From positions 2,977 through 66,976 of the forward strand of contig JAAOMT010000047.1 of NCBI GenBank assembly GCA_016748015.1: DNA of 64,000 bases. The letters run 5' to 3'. The position numbers were made by a program, and so were the translations under genes. Below are positions 24,651-36,426 of this stretch, in pieces. Position 1 is the first letter of the stretch. Every line of letters begins with the position of its first letter. The stretch is from Geosiphon pyriformis uo1 (lineage: Eukaryota > Fungi > Glomeromycota). The notes under the pieces were generated by a model, which did not search any database, was not told where the DNA came from, and saw only the letters and a program-made list of their open reading frames with translations.

Positions 24651-25037
24651 AAAATAATTAGCATAAAATTGGCTATTTTATTATAATAAATAATTATTTT
24701 TTTTAGCACAAAAAACCCAAAATTTTTTTAAATTTATATTAAACTTAATTTTTTTCATTTTGTTTATTTATTTCTTAGTTAAAATTTAAATAAAAACTTC
24801 TTTTTTTTATTTATCTCAACAACTATTAAAGAGCTCATATTTGATAGAAAAAATTTTTTTTAGTTTTTATTTTAACCATTCAGTTTAACAAATCAAAACT
24901 GTTTTTATTTAATTATAAAGTTATTATTGGTTCCAATGTTATTGTCATGAAAAAAGCTGCTAAATTTTTTGGTTTTAAACTTATCAACAAGAATGTTTTT
25001 TCCAGAAAAAAAAAAAAAAAAGTGTTTTAAAAAATGG

Positions 25038-26013
25038 TGTGATATTACTAAAGATTTTTTGATCTCTTTTTTTGAATATTGTTAATGTCTGTTTGTTGTA
25101 AATTCACGTTTTCTGGAAGTTAGTAAACCTTCAATAACTGAATTTATCTTTAAATTATTTTCTATAATTTGAATTACTGGGCTTATAAGTAGAATAACCA
25201 ATTTTGTGCCAATTCCTTTGTGTAGTTATATTGTAGTAAACATCAACTTTTTTCCAAGAATTGCTTGTCTAGAAGCTTACTAAAATATGTAATTACTTTG
25301 CTTGTAAAAATCAATTATTTTACAGAAATTTTGTTTGTAGACTACTTTAATAATTATAATAAAAAAAAAAAGAAAAAATAGATGAAATGTAAAAAAAATA
25401 GAATTTTGTTAAGAGAAACGTTTTCTATTCAGGCCTGGAGTTACTAACAGATTATTGAAATTAGTAGTTAATCAATTTTAAAACGTTAGTTTGGGTTTCA
25501 GCAAATTTTAATATAATAATTAAAAATTTGGGTTTTTAAATATTTGATTTTTATTTAATTTTATAACAATATATAAAAGATAATTTGTTCTAATTAAGAT
25601 ATCTAAAGTAAGATAAGATATATTTTCTTGGAAAAAGAAGCTTTTTTTTTATATAACTTATTGTAATATTAGTTTTTAAACTCACACTTTTTTTCTTTGC
25701 TATAATTTCGGTGAACTAAAGATATATTTCAGCAAACTACAAGTTATTTCTACAAACTATTGATTATTTCTACCAATTTCTACCAAATTCTACCAATTTC
25801 GGCAAATTTTTGAATATTAAATGATTCAAAATATTGTGTAATTTAATCATTTTAATTTTTATAGTACAAATTGAGTTGTTAATTAAATGATAATATTTAA
25901 TAATTTGATTAATTAATAAGTAATAATTGATATAATAATAATATATACTAATTATACTAGGAATTAAAAGGGTAATTTTATGTTAATTAATAGTTAAAAT
26001 TCTATTGGTAACA
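25038..26013. mobile_element. Solo LTR (976 bp) inserted in LINE ORF1
   Basis: Starts TGTGA and ends TAACA. Flanks ATGG/ATGA form a 4-bp TSD with one G>A. Internal ttctaccaa(t/a)t tandem motif. ORF1-like sequence resumes after it. Confidence 0.65.
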
Positions 26014-26283
26014 ATGATAAACAAAAATAAGTTTTAAATAAAGTTTTTTGGATGTTTAAAGCTAATAATACAACTAAATTTGATATTATAAATATGAAAA
26101 GAGAATTTTTGGTGAAGAAAACTAATATAAATTATAGTGTAAAGTCTGTTTTTGGTAAGAATAATTTAAACCAAATGCCAAAAAATCCTAGATTAGTAAC
26201 CAAAAAGATCTTGAATACATCTTTAAGAAAGATTGATATTTTGAGTAATAATACAGATAATATTCTCTTTAATGTTTTTTCAG

Positions 26284-27151
26284 TATTACAGATAATTATT
26301 TGGGGTCTCAAAGCAAATAACAAACTCATAACTTGGTGCTCAATTGATATAATGTTGTTGATAATATCTGAAGATATGTTTATTTAAAGATTTTGGTTGA
26401 GTCCTTTGTATAATAAACAGAGATTCAATTGTAATAGTTTTATTTGTAGCTTCCCAAAACTGCAGTTTTGTCAATTTTTTTCTCAGCTTGATGACCAGTA
26501 TTCCTCCTAATAAGCTATCCTTAATCGAGTGTTCTACTTTATTCTTGGGTCTTTTACCAGTACTATATCCTGATATCAGTACCCTGCATATTAATTCTTA
26601 ATAGAATTAGTAATAAAAAATCAAGAAAATAAAATAAAATAAAATAAAATAAAAAAATAAGCCAAGGCGATAAATAAGTTAGTATTCCATCAATAATCAT
26701 GATTAAGAGTTATTGTTCCAGTGTGGTTAAGTATCAATTGCTATTAACATAGAGTGTTGATAGTGAAGAATGGATTTGGATGGTAAATAATTTATTTATT
26801 CAATATTTGTAAAATAAGAGATTTCTAACTAAAGGATTCTGCTTTTTCTACTTCTAATGCTACTGCTATATATACATAATTAATGTTCTATGAGATCGCT
26901 CACATTTCTAAGCAATGTGCTATGATTTTTTGAGCAATGCTCACATTTCTGAGCAATATGCTCTAATTTTCTAACATTGCTCCATATTGCTGAGCAATGT
27001 GCTGTGTTTTCTGACATTGCTCTACCTTGCTAAGCAATATGCCATAATTTCTGACATTGCTCCACATTGCTAAGCAATGTGCTCACGTGCTAAATACTAT
27101 TCTCTTATTGGTCTGCTATTTTCTCTATCTGTTTTCTTTTTATGAGTAATA
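26284..27151 (-). repeat. 3' LTR of Gypsy 1
   Basis: Aligns end to end with 35559-36426. Terminal TG/CA are mutated to TA. Confidence 0.95.
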
Positions 27152-27168
27152 TTATCTCCTTTTTTTAA
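27152..27168 (-). other. Polypurine tract of Gypsy 1
   Basis: Minus strand ttaaaaaaaggagataa abuts the 3' LTR. Confidence 0.7.
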
Positions 27169-27169
27169 T

Positions 27170-27830
27170 ATTGAGCTTCATTGAAATCTTCGTTTTGAAT
27201 TAATTTTAATACTTCTTTTTCAAGTATTGTTTGTTTGATTCTATTCTTCACATCTTCTACTTGTGTATTGTTCATTCTTCCCCATTGGTTAATAGATATG
27301 GTTTCCATGTCAGAATGTAATAGTATTTATGAATAGTTCTGAAATATGTTGTGCAGTCAATAAATTATTCTCACATGTAGTATCAAGTTCATCTTTTTCC
27401 CAATGAATTTTTCAATTTGCTGTATTATGTTTTGGTTAAATACTCTCTTGGATTTGTTGATATACAACTTTTGAATATTTAACTTTTAATCTAGCTAGTA
27501 GTAACAGTATGATATTGGAAGTTGTTCTGTCCATTGCTTCCAATTTTTTTTTGTAAGTTTTTCTGTTGGTGCCATAATAAGTATTTTTTCAAAAGTGTTT
27601 TTTACTTTTTTAACTATATTATCTGACCAGTTTTTTTCATTCTTTGGTAAATGCTGATATGGTGTATTCTTTGTTTTTTTTTCTGGTGTTTTGATAGCAA
27701 ATTGTTTGGTTGTTAATAATAATTTCCATGTTTAAAAGTTGTTGACTTAAGGCCTGAAATAATTGTTGAGCTATGGCGTGAATATGATCTAGTATTTCCA
27801 TTTTTCTTGTTTGTCTTTATCATGTATACT
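27170..27830 (-). pseudogene. Extra ORF between integrase and 3' LTR, unknown function
   Basis: Decayed frames HIHAIAQQLFQ, WTEQLPISYCYY and ILEKEVLKLIQNEDF have counterparts in Gypsy 2 at about 48500-49110. Confidence 0.55.
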
Positions 27831-30800
27831 GTGTCTTTATATACTCTTTTATTGTTTGATTTTATATGTTTGGTTCAATAATTATGATTGGTTCCAGATC
27901 TTGTGGAATCTTATCTGGTTGAACTAATATTCATTGTACTCCTAATTGTGGAATATTATTGGTAGATAATGATGCTATTTAGTAATATAGTTTCAGTCAA
28001 TCACCATGTGCTGCTTTGGCTAAGGTTTTGTTGTTCCATCTTAGTTTATAAGCTCCATTTCCAAGAATTTCTTTAATGTGGAATGACCTGTCCCATTTGG
28101 GGTCAAATTTTCCATTCCATTGTTTTTCTGCTTTAGTACAATGTAGAAGTACTTTGTCTCCAATCTTGAATTCAACTGGTTTGTCTGGTAGTTGGTTATC
28201 GTGTTTCTCTTTTTGTTTCTTTTGTGACTTTTGAATTTATCAGCTGCTCTTCATCACTTGTTTTCTAGAGTTTCCATCAAGTTATATGCTCTTCTTAGCA
28301 ACATTTCCTGAAAATTGTTTTCAGTTATTGGTTCTGTTGGATAAGTGTTAACTTCTATCTTGACTGGTAATATTGTTGTTCTACTGTATACTAATTCAAA
28401 TGGTGTTGCTTGTGTAGTGTCTTGCTTCATTGTCCAATACACAAATAGTACTGATGGTATGAACAAATCCTATTTGTCCTTGTTTTCTTGGCTGAGTTTG
28501 GTAATTGCTTCACACAATGTTCTATTAAATCTTTCAATTAAACCATTTGTTTGTGGATGATATAGTAATGATAGTGGTTTTTTAATTCCGAATCTTTGGC
28601 TCAATTTTGCTAGTGTTCTGTTCACAAAGTGAATTCCTTGGTCTGATAATAATTCTTTTGGACATCCATGTCAACAAATGAGATCTTGATAAATGAATTT
28701 GGCAACAGATTCTGTATCTGCTCTTTGAATTGCTTTTGCTTCTGGCCATTTAATGAGATAGTCCATGACTACTGCAATATATTTATTTTCTCTGCTGGTA
28801 ATTATTAATGGTTCAACTAAGTCAATTCCAATGTAATCAAATAGTTGTCTCACTTTGATTGGTTTCAGTGGTTTACTGGGTTTTGTTCCTCCTTTTTTTT
28901 AACAAGAATCACATTTTGGACATATTGGATGATGTCTGGATATATTGATAGCCAATAGTATCTTTTTCTGGTCTTTTTCATAGTTGCTTCTTTGTGAAAA
29001 TATCTGGCTGTTAGATCTGAGTGCATATTGAACAGTATTGTTTCTTTCTCTAGTTCTGTAACTACTCTAGTTAGTTGATCTAGATTTTGTCTATTTTTCC
29101 AATAAAGTATGTTTTGGTGAGTAATAAAGTATTTTGATTGTTGTTTGATACTATTTTATTCTGATTAAGATAATTTCTTTTTAAACTGTTGAATATCTAT
29201 ATAATGTTTGAGTTGTTGGTATTTTTGTGTATTTATCTTTTGTTATATTTTTGTTGGATTTGGTTTGGTTTTGTTATATTTTTGGGTTGAAATGTTCTTA
29301 GATTTGTCTTATTTGTGACAAATCATCCACATTTTTATTGTCTTTTCCCTTTTTATAATGTATGGTATAAGTATATGGCAAGAGTGCCATTTTTCATCTG
29401 AATTGTCTGCCATCTTCAAATTCTTGTTTTTGGAGTAATATCAGTCCTTTGTGATCTGTATACACCTCAAACTTCTGGCTCAAGTATTTTTTCCATTTCA
29501 TGACTGCCCAATAAATTGCTAAATGTTCTAGTTCTGGTGTTCTATAATTTTTTTTAGCTGAAGTTAAACTTTGGCTGGCATATGCAACTGGATGTTCTCT
29601 TCCATCTGGTTCTCTCTGTGATATTACTGCTCTCAATGCTTGGCCTAATGCATTGGTGGTAATGATAAATAGTTTATTGTGATTTGAATAGATCAGTATT
29701 GGAGCTTATATAAGCTTTCTTCTTAGAATATTAAAAGCTTCTTGTTGTGCTTTTGTCCATTTATATTTCACATTCTTGGTTTGGAGATGATTGAGTGGTT
29801 GGGCTATCTTAGAAAAGTTTTTGATGAAGCATTAATAATAGCCTGCGAATTCTAAAAATGACTTTAATTCTGTCACATTGGTTGATACTGGAAAGTTTTT
29901 AACTATCTCTATCTTTTCTGGATCCATTTTGATGCCGTTTTTGCTTACTATGTGCCCTAAAAAGTTTAATTCTGTCTTGCCAAAGAAGCACTTATTGGCA
30001 TTTAACTTTAGCTCTGCTTGTCATAGTCTTTCAAACACTTGTTGTAGATGATGCAAATGATCATTGAATGTTTTGGAGAACACATTGGTGTTATCTAAAT
30101 AAACGACTACTGATTTCTACAATAAGCTAATATATACTATTTTCATTAGCTGTTGAAATGTGGCTGGAGTATTTGTTAAGCCAAATAGCATCACTTTGAA
30201 TTCAAAATTTCCCCCCTGTGTTGTGAATGCAGTTTTTTCTTTGTTTACTGGATCCATGGCTACTTGCCAGTAACCACTATTTAAATCCAATGTTGAGAAC
30301 CATTTATTCCCTCCAAAAGCATTGAATAGCTCCTGAATTTGTGAAGTTGAATAGCTGTCTCCATGAATGACTCCATTGAGTTTTTTGTAGTCTACACAAA
30401 ATCTGATCTTTCTATTCTTCTTCTGGACGAGTATCACTGGTGATGACTATAGGCTCATAAATAGTTGAATTAGCCTATTGTCAAACATTTGGTTAATTTC
30501 TTAACAGATAATTTCATGGCTGGCTGGTGGTACTTTGTATGCTTGTTGTTTGATTGGCATAGCATCCCCAGTCTTGATCTAATATTGAATGATGTCAGTT
30601 CTGCTGAATTTGTTTTTGTTAGTGAAAATGTCATTGAAGTTGTTGAGTAACATCTTGAATTGTATACATTGAAGTGGATCCAAATTTCCTATGTTCATTT
30701 GTTCTAATTGTTCTGGTTGAAGCAAATAACATTCTTTTTGTCTGTAAATTGTTTGTGATGTGATATCCACATATTTGCATAGCTGTGGAAAGTCTGGAAT

Positions 30801-31127
30801 AATGCTTGGTGGTTGATTTTCTAATTCAGTGCTTATGTATCTAATAATAGTTCTTTCTGGTATTGTGATGGCATCTCCTGTGGTGTTGTAAATGGGAATT
30901 TTGATATGGTTGTGGTTTTTGGCTAGTATGTAGAGATTAATAAGTCCAATCTCTTCTGATTCACAAAAACTTGTTTCTGCTTCAAAAATCTGATCCTTAT
31001 CTTTCATTTTTCTCTCTATAACTATCATGTACTGGTCATATGATGGAATGGAAATTACTTGACTGGTTGAGATAATTTCTCCTTGGCCAAATATTTTTTC
31101 TTCTGCCATATTGACTGGTACCTCTAT

Positions 31128-31530
31128 TCTACTCGTTGATCCAAATTTTTGTATCCCTCTAACTGTGATCCCTAATTTTTGCCTGTTTCTCACTAACATT
31201 AACTAAGCTATTTTGACCAGAGACAGGAATATTGTCTGTGCTATCTTTTTATTTGGCTCTATTATATAGGTCTTTTCTGAATTGTTTTGTAGCATAGCAA
31301 TAATATTTCCCACATATCCTGTATTAATTATTCCTCCTCTGATGTTGATTCCTCTTTTTGCTAGACTACTCCTAGATGTTAGCTAAATTATCATGGTTGC
31401 TGAAATTTCCAGTGCTATCTTTAGATCAATGCAAGTGCACAAATGTGGTTCCAATTTGATAGCATCTTTTTCAGGATATCTCAGATCAAATTTTGCATCA
31501 GTACTATGCATATGCTCTGACATGATACCT
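31128..31530 (-). pseudogene. dUTPase domain in Gypsy 1 pol, between protease and RT
   Basis: All five trimeric dUTPase motifs in order: DAKFDLR, SRSSLA, GGIINTGYVGNI, KIAQTIF and RGIQKFGSTS. Confidence 0.92.
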
Positions 31531-34500
31531 TTGCTATTATTGCTGAACCATTTAAGTTCCTGTTCCTTAATGAGATCAGGAAGTGCGATAAATGTTTTGG
31601 GGTTTGAATTGAAGTTTGAATCATCATAAATTTCATGGCTATTCAGAGTGGAGCTAGAACTGTTGTTTTTGTCATCATCATTGTCGGAGTTTGAATTGGG
31701 ATTAAAAGTTGATTCTGATTCTGATGCACAGTTGCTTATTGGTTTATCTTCTTCTGGGATTGTGTAGATTATGTGTGGTGGTAGATTGTAAATAAGGTCA
31801 CACTCATTACAATACTAAAAGTCACAGAAGATTAAACAATGTTGACATAATCAAGTGTTTAACTGCTCTAAATGCTGCTTCTGTTCTTTCCTAGTAAGTG
31901 TCAAATGCTAGTAACATTTATAAAATTCTTCTGGATTGTCTTCAATGTTGCCAAAGACGTCAAAAGTTTGTATGTATTTGGGTTCAGGAAAAGATAGAGA
32001 GTTGTTTTTGATCTCTAGTAGTTCACTGGTTGTCGCGTCTTCTGTTTTCGCATATGCCATTCTCCATAGTTCATCTTTGTTATGAGAATATTCTTCTAAT
32101 TGTTGCAACACTTGTTTCTAGGTATTGGCAATTGGTGTTTCTTTGCTTACTCAATTGTTTATCAATATGGTGTACTGGCATGTCTTATTACACATTCTTC
32201 CATGCCCAGAAATGTCATTCCACATTTTTTTGTTAAGTAGGATAGTTCCACATGCAAGACATGGTTGGTTATCCCACTTTTCTTGTTATTTTGGTCATCC
32301 AAAGTGCTCTATGATGCATGGGCAGCAGTAGAATCTTGTGGCCATGGAGTATTTCTTGTCATCACCATAGCATGTGCTCATTGACAACAATTTCTTGCCG
32401 CAATCAATGCATTCCAATTTTGGTTGACAATAATTGGATAGTGGTACTAAAATATAAGTGTATGAACTATAAGTACTGCTGGTGAGAGTGGTTTCTTCTT
32501 CTTTTTCCTTTCTCTTTCTCTTATCAATTTCTTTCCACTCCCAGTTTGCTGGTTCATCTTGGTTGTTATCAGTTTTCCAGTTTTGGTCAGTATTCCAGGT
32601 AAGTTCTTTGTTTTCCTTCTTTTTTTTCTTGTCATCCCAAGAAAGTATCAGTGGTAGCTTGTTGTGGTCTTCATCGACCCAAGAGACTTAGTACACTTTT
32701 CAGGTAAGTTTCTTTTTTTCTTTTTTGAATTCGATAAGTGGAGCTGATGGCATGGTGATGGGTTTGAAATGGCCACACATGGCTGGTACACATGTGTGTT
32801 GTTCGTTCTGGCTAAGCTGAAGCTCTTGGGTGTTCCAATCAAGTGTCGCATTGATTTTGGACAGCCAGTTGTTACCCATTAATGCTTGGTATTGAGTGGC
32901 TTTCATGACTAATACCTTGATTGGTACAGTAATGCCATTGATTTCTATGGGCAAGTTATTTATTTCACCAATTGGAGTCTTGCTGGCTTTATTAGTAGTA
33001 ATTATCCTTGCACTGGCAGCTTAATCAACTTGGCGATCTAATTGGTCTATGAGTTGTCTTGTGATGATGCTACCAGCTGATCCACTATCTAGGATCAGTT
33101 TGATGGACTAACCATTAATTTTGGCATCTGTGTACATTGCCATGATAGGTTTTTTCTTGAGTGCAGATCCACTAAACAAAGGGGTTTCTGTTGGTTCCTC
33201 GATTTTAAAAGGAAATATAACTGTTAAAGACTCGTCTTCCATGACAGTGGCTGGCAGAATATTGGTAAGTAATTGCTTCTGTTTGGGTTTCCGTGTGTTG
33301 GGTGAGGCGTCTTTGGAGGTAGCCAGAAGATTTAAATAGTTCTGAAAACTCAGGCTTTGAGTATACTTGGTTTCTGAACTCTGCTGTTATAATCCTGACA
33401 GCTGGTTGGATGAATTGGGGATTGGTTAGTAAACAATCATTGCTGATCTCCAGTTTTGAATAACTCTTAATCTAGGGTTTCCTGATGTCATTTGAGCTGG
33501 ATTTAATGGCAGTGTTTGAACTGTAAGTGTTTGATAAATTATTTGGGGCTGTGGTGGTTGATATATTATTGGTGGCTGTGGTTGATAAACTGGAGATTAA
33601 TATATAGGTGATTGATATATTGGCTGTTGCATTATTGACAGGTAAGTTAGTTGATATGGGGCTGGGTTGAATTGGTAACTCAGAGTTGGGAACCAGCAAT
33701 CAGGGTTTCAATATTGATTTCCTAATTGTTGGTTACTATAAACATGATAATCGGCTCTAAGATAACTTTGTTTACCACAGTTGTGGCAAATTTAAGTTTC
33801 TTGTTGTCATGGCTAATTTGTTAATGATGATAGATGTGACTGATTTTGGAAATGATTTGTGTTTCTCTGATTATTACATTGTTGAGGAAACTGATAAATT
33901 AGGCAATTGTCAGCTAAGTATCCCTCCAATTTCTGATTAATTGAATCACTGAATTGTTTCAATTTAGAATCCAATTCAGATAATCCATTCATTACTAGAT
34001 TAATGATTTGGACATGATTGGCCTCTGACTTAGCTGATTCAAAATCTCTGGCATATGTGACTGTGTCTTAAAAGGTGCCTGGATGCAACAGATATACATG
34101 TTGCAAGATGCTGCTGCACAGGCCCCGGATAAACTGGTTGAGGATTTGTGATGCTGTGAAATAGTTGGCATCAATTGCTTGGATTTGGTGCAGGTTTCTA
34201 TAGAAGTGTCCTAAGTAAATAGTAACTGCTTCAGTTTCTTCTTGTTTGATTGTAGTAAAAGTATTGGCTAAGTTATTAATGCTGTTATTATTATTGAAAT
34301 ATCCCAAAAATGCAGTTTTGAATTCCTGAAATGTTTGAGGTCTAATGTTTAAACTCTAATACCATAAGTTGGCAGTATCTTGTAAAAAATAGGAAATCAC
34401 TTGAAGAGCTCTGTCGTTATTCCATCTATTGGCTGCAATGGCTTTTTTCACATCATTGAGTTATACTTGGGCATCATTCTCTTCACTAGTAAATTTCTCA

Positions 34501-35540
34501 ATTTTGGCAATTGGAGCATAAGCCATTGGTTGTTGTTGTGGTTGCTGCTGGTTTTGTTGAAGTAGTGGTTGTGGCTGTTATTGTTGTTTGGCATTTGGTA
34601 GAGCTGGTGGTGAATTGATCACAATTACTGGAGGTAAGTGTTGTTGATTATTAATATCGGGGTTTTAATTATTTTGATTGTGCTGTGTTTGAAAATTTGG
34701 AGTTTCAATTTCTGGATTTTCTAGATTTAGATGTTTTGAAGTTTGAACATTTGGGGTTTCAAACTCTGAGTTTTCTGAGATCGGGTTTTGGTAAGTAAAT
34801 TTCTGATCTTCAGATTCTTTTTTCTCTTCTTCTTGTTCTCTTTCTGATTTTGTAACTTCCTAAGGACTTGTGGTTCCGAAATCTGGTTGAGGTGGTGGTG
34901 ATCAAAATCCTGATGGTGTTGGCAATTGTGATTTAAATCCTTCAAAATACATGCCATATGGTCCTAATAAGTCTTCTTTTTTTTGTTTACTTTGAAATGG
35001 GAATTGTCCAAATGTTGATGTCGCGTTTGATGTAGATGCATCTGCTGCTGCAATATTGATGGTGCTTTCAGGAGTATAATGATATGATGGATTTGTAGGT
35101 GATTCAATTCTGTGTTTCTTCTAAGTAGGTGGTTGGATACATTGGGGTGTTACTGCCGGTGTTTATAATTTTCTTTTGTCTTTACTTGTGTAGGTAATTG
35201 GGTATCTCTGTTGTGTATGATGTTCAATTTCTTTATTAATCTCAGTGATGATGGATGTGAAATTATATTTTGTTAGTAAGCTGCTGTTTTGGATTAATTT
35301 GTTGTAAAAAGTTTCCCTTACTGATTCAGTATTTGTTGCTGTTCCTAATAAGTAGGCAATTTTTTCATTGATGTAAAAGTTGAAGACTGATTCTGCTAAT
35401 ATGTGATTTGGGGTTAATTTCAAGTGTTGACAGTAGTGTTAAAATAAGAATTTCGCAAATTCTAAATGGTTTGCTCCTATATTTTCTGATTCTGCCACTG
35501 TTAATTTATTTGTTGGTGCTGGTTCTCTGTAAGATTATAC

Positions 35541-35556
35541 TTCACAGAAAGCACCA
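35541..35556 (-). other. tRNA primer-binding site of Gypsy 1
   Basis: TGGTGCTTTCTGTGAA lies 2 nt inside the 5' LTR. Gypsy 2 has TGGTGCTTTCTATAAG at 41168. Confidence 0.85.
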
Positions 35557-35558
35557 AA

Positions 35559-36426
35559 TGTTACAGATGATTATTTGGGGTCTCAAAGCAAATAACAAAC
35601 CCGTAACTTGGTGCTCAATTGATATAATATTGTTGGTAATATCTGAAGGTGTGTTTATTTGAAGGTTTTGGTTGAGTCCTTTGTATAATAAACAGAGATT
35701 CAATTGTAATAGTTTTATCTATAGCTTTCTGAAACTGCAGTTTCATCAATTTTTTTTTTAGCTTGATGGCCAGTATTCCTTCTGGTAAGCTATTCTCAAT
35801 CGAGTATCTTACTTTTATTCTTGGGCCTTTTACCAGTACTATATCCTAACATCAATACCCCATGCATTAATTCTCAATAGAGTTAGTAATAAAAAATCAA
35901 GAAAATAAAATAAAATAAAATAAAATAAAGAAATAAGCCAAGGCGATAAATAAGTTAGTATTCCATCAATAGCCATAATCAAGAGCTATTGTTCCAGTGT
36001 GGTTAAGTATCAATTGCTATCAACATAGAGTGTTGATAGTGAAGAGTAGATTTGGATGGTAAATAATTTATTTATTTAATATTTGTAAAATGGGAGATTT
36101 CTAACTAAAGGATTCTGCTTTTTCTACTTCTAATACTACTATTATATATACATAATTGATGTTTTATGAGATTACTCACATTTCCAAACAATGTGATATG
36201 ATTTCTTAAGCAATGCTTACATTTCTGAGCAATGTGCTCTAATTTTCTAATATTGCTTCACATTGCTGAACAATGTGCCATGTTTTCTGATATTGCTCTA
36301 CCTTGTTGAGCAATGTGCCATAATTTCTGATATTGCTCCACATTGCTGAGCAATATGCTCATGTGCTAAATACCATTCTCTTATTGGTCTGCTATTTTCT
36401 CTATCTGTTTTTTTTTATAAATAACA
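35559..36426 (-). repeat. 5' LTR of Gypsy 1
   Basis: TGTTA...TAACA termini, followed by the TCAG TSD. Confidence 0.95.

Larger units (their letters stand above)
26284..36426 (-). mobile_element. Full-length, mutated Ty3/Gypsy LTR retrotransposon with dUTPase
   Basis: 868-bp LTRs at 26284-27151 and 35559-36426, TCAG TSD, PBS and PPT. Order: gag with Zn knuckle (CHNCGKQ, about 33790), protease (LILDSGSAGS, about 33090), dUTPase, RT (FCVDYKKLN, LDLNSGYWQV, VYLDN), RNase H (HPVAYASQSL), integrase (IGIDLV, HPQTNGLIERFNRTL). Confidence 0.97.

Noticed and set aside
26895-27092. CRISPR-like palindromic repeats
   Set aside because: The intervening sequences are also repeated, and the array is duplicated within both LTRs.
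27950-28100. Chromodomain at the integrase C-terminus
   Set aside because: Only the GPF/SH3-like tail is recognisable; no aromatic-cage motif was seen.
31393-33339. Plus-strand ORFs inside Gypsy 1
   Set aside because: Antisense shadows of gag-pol with no independent motifs.
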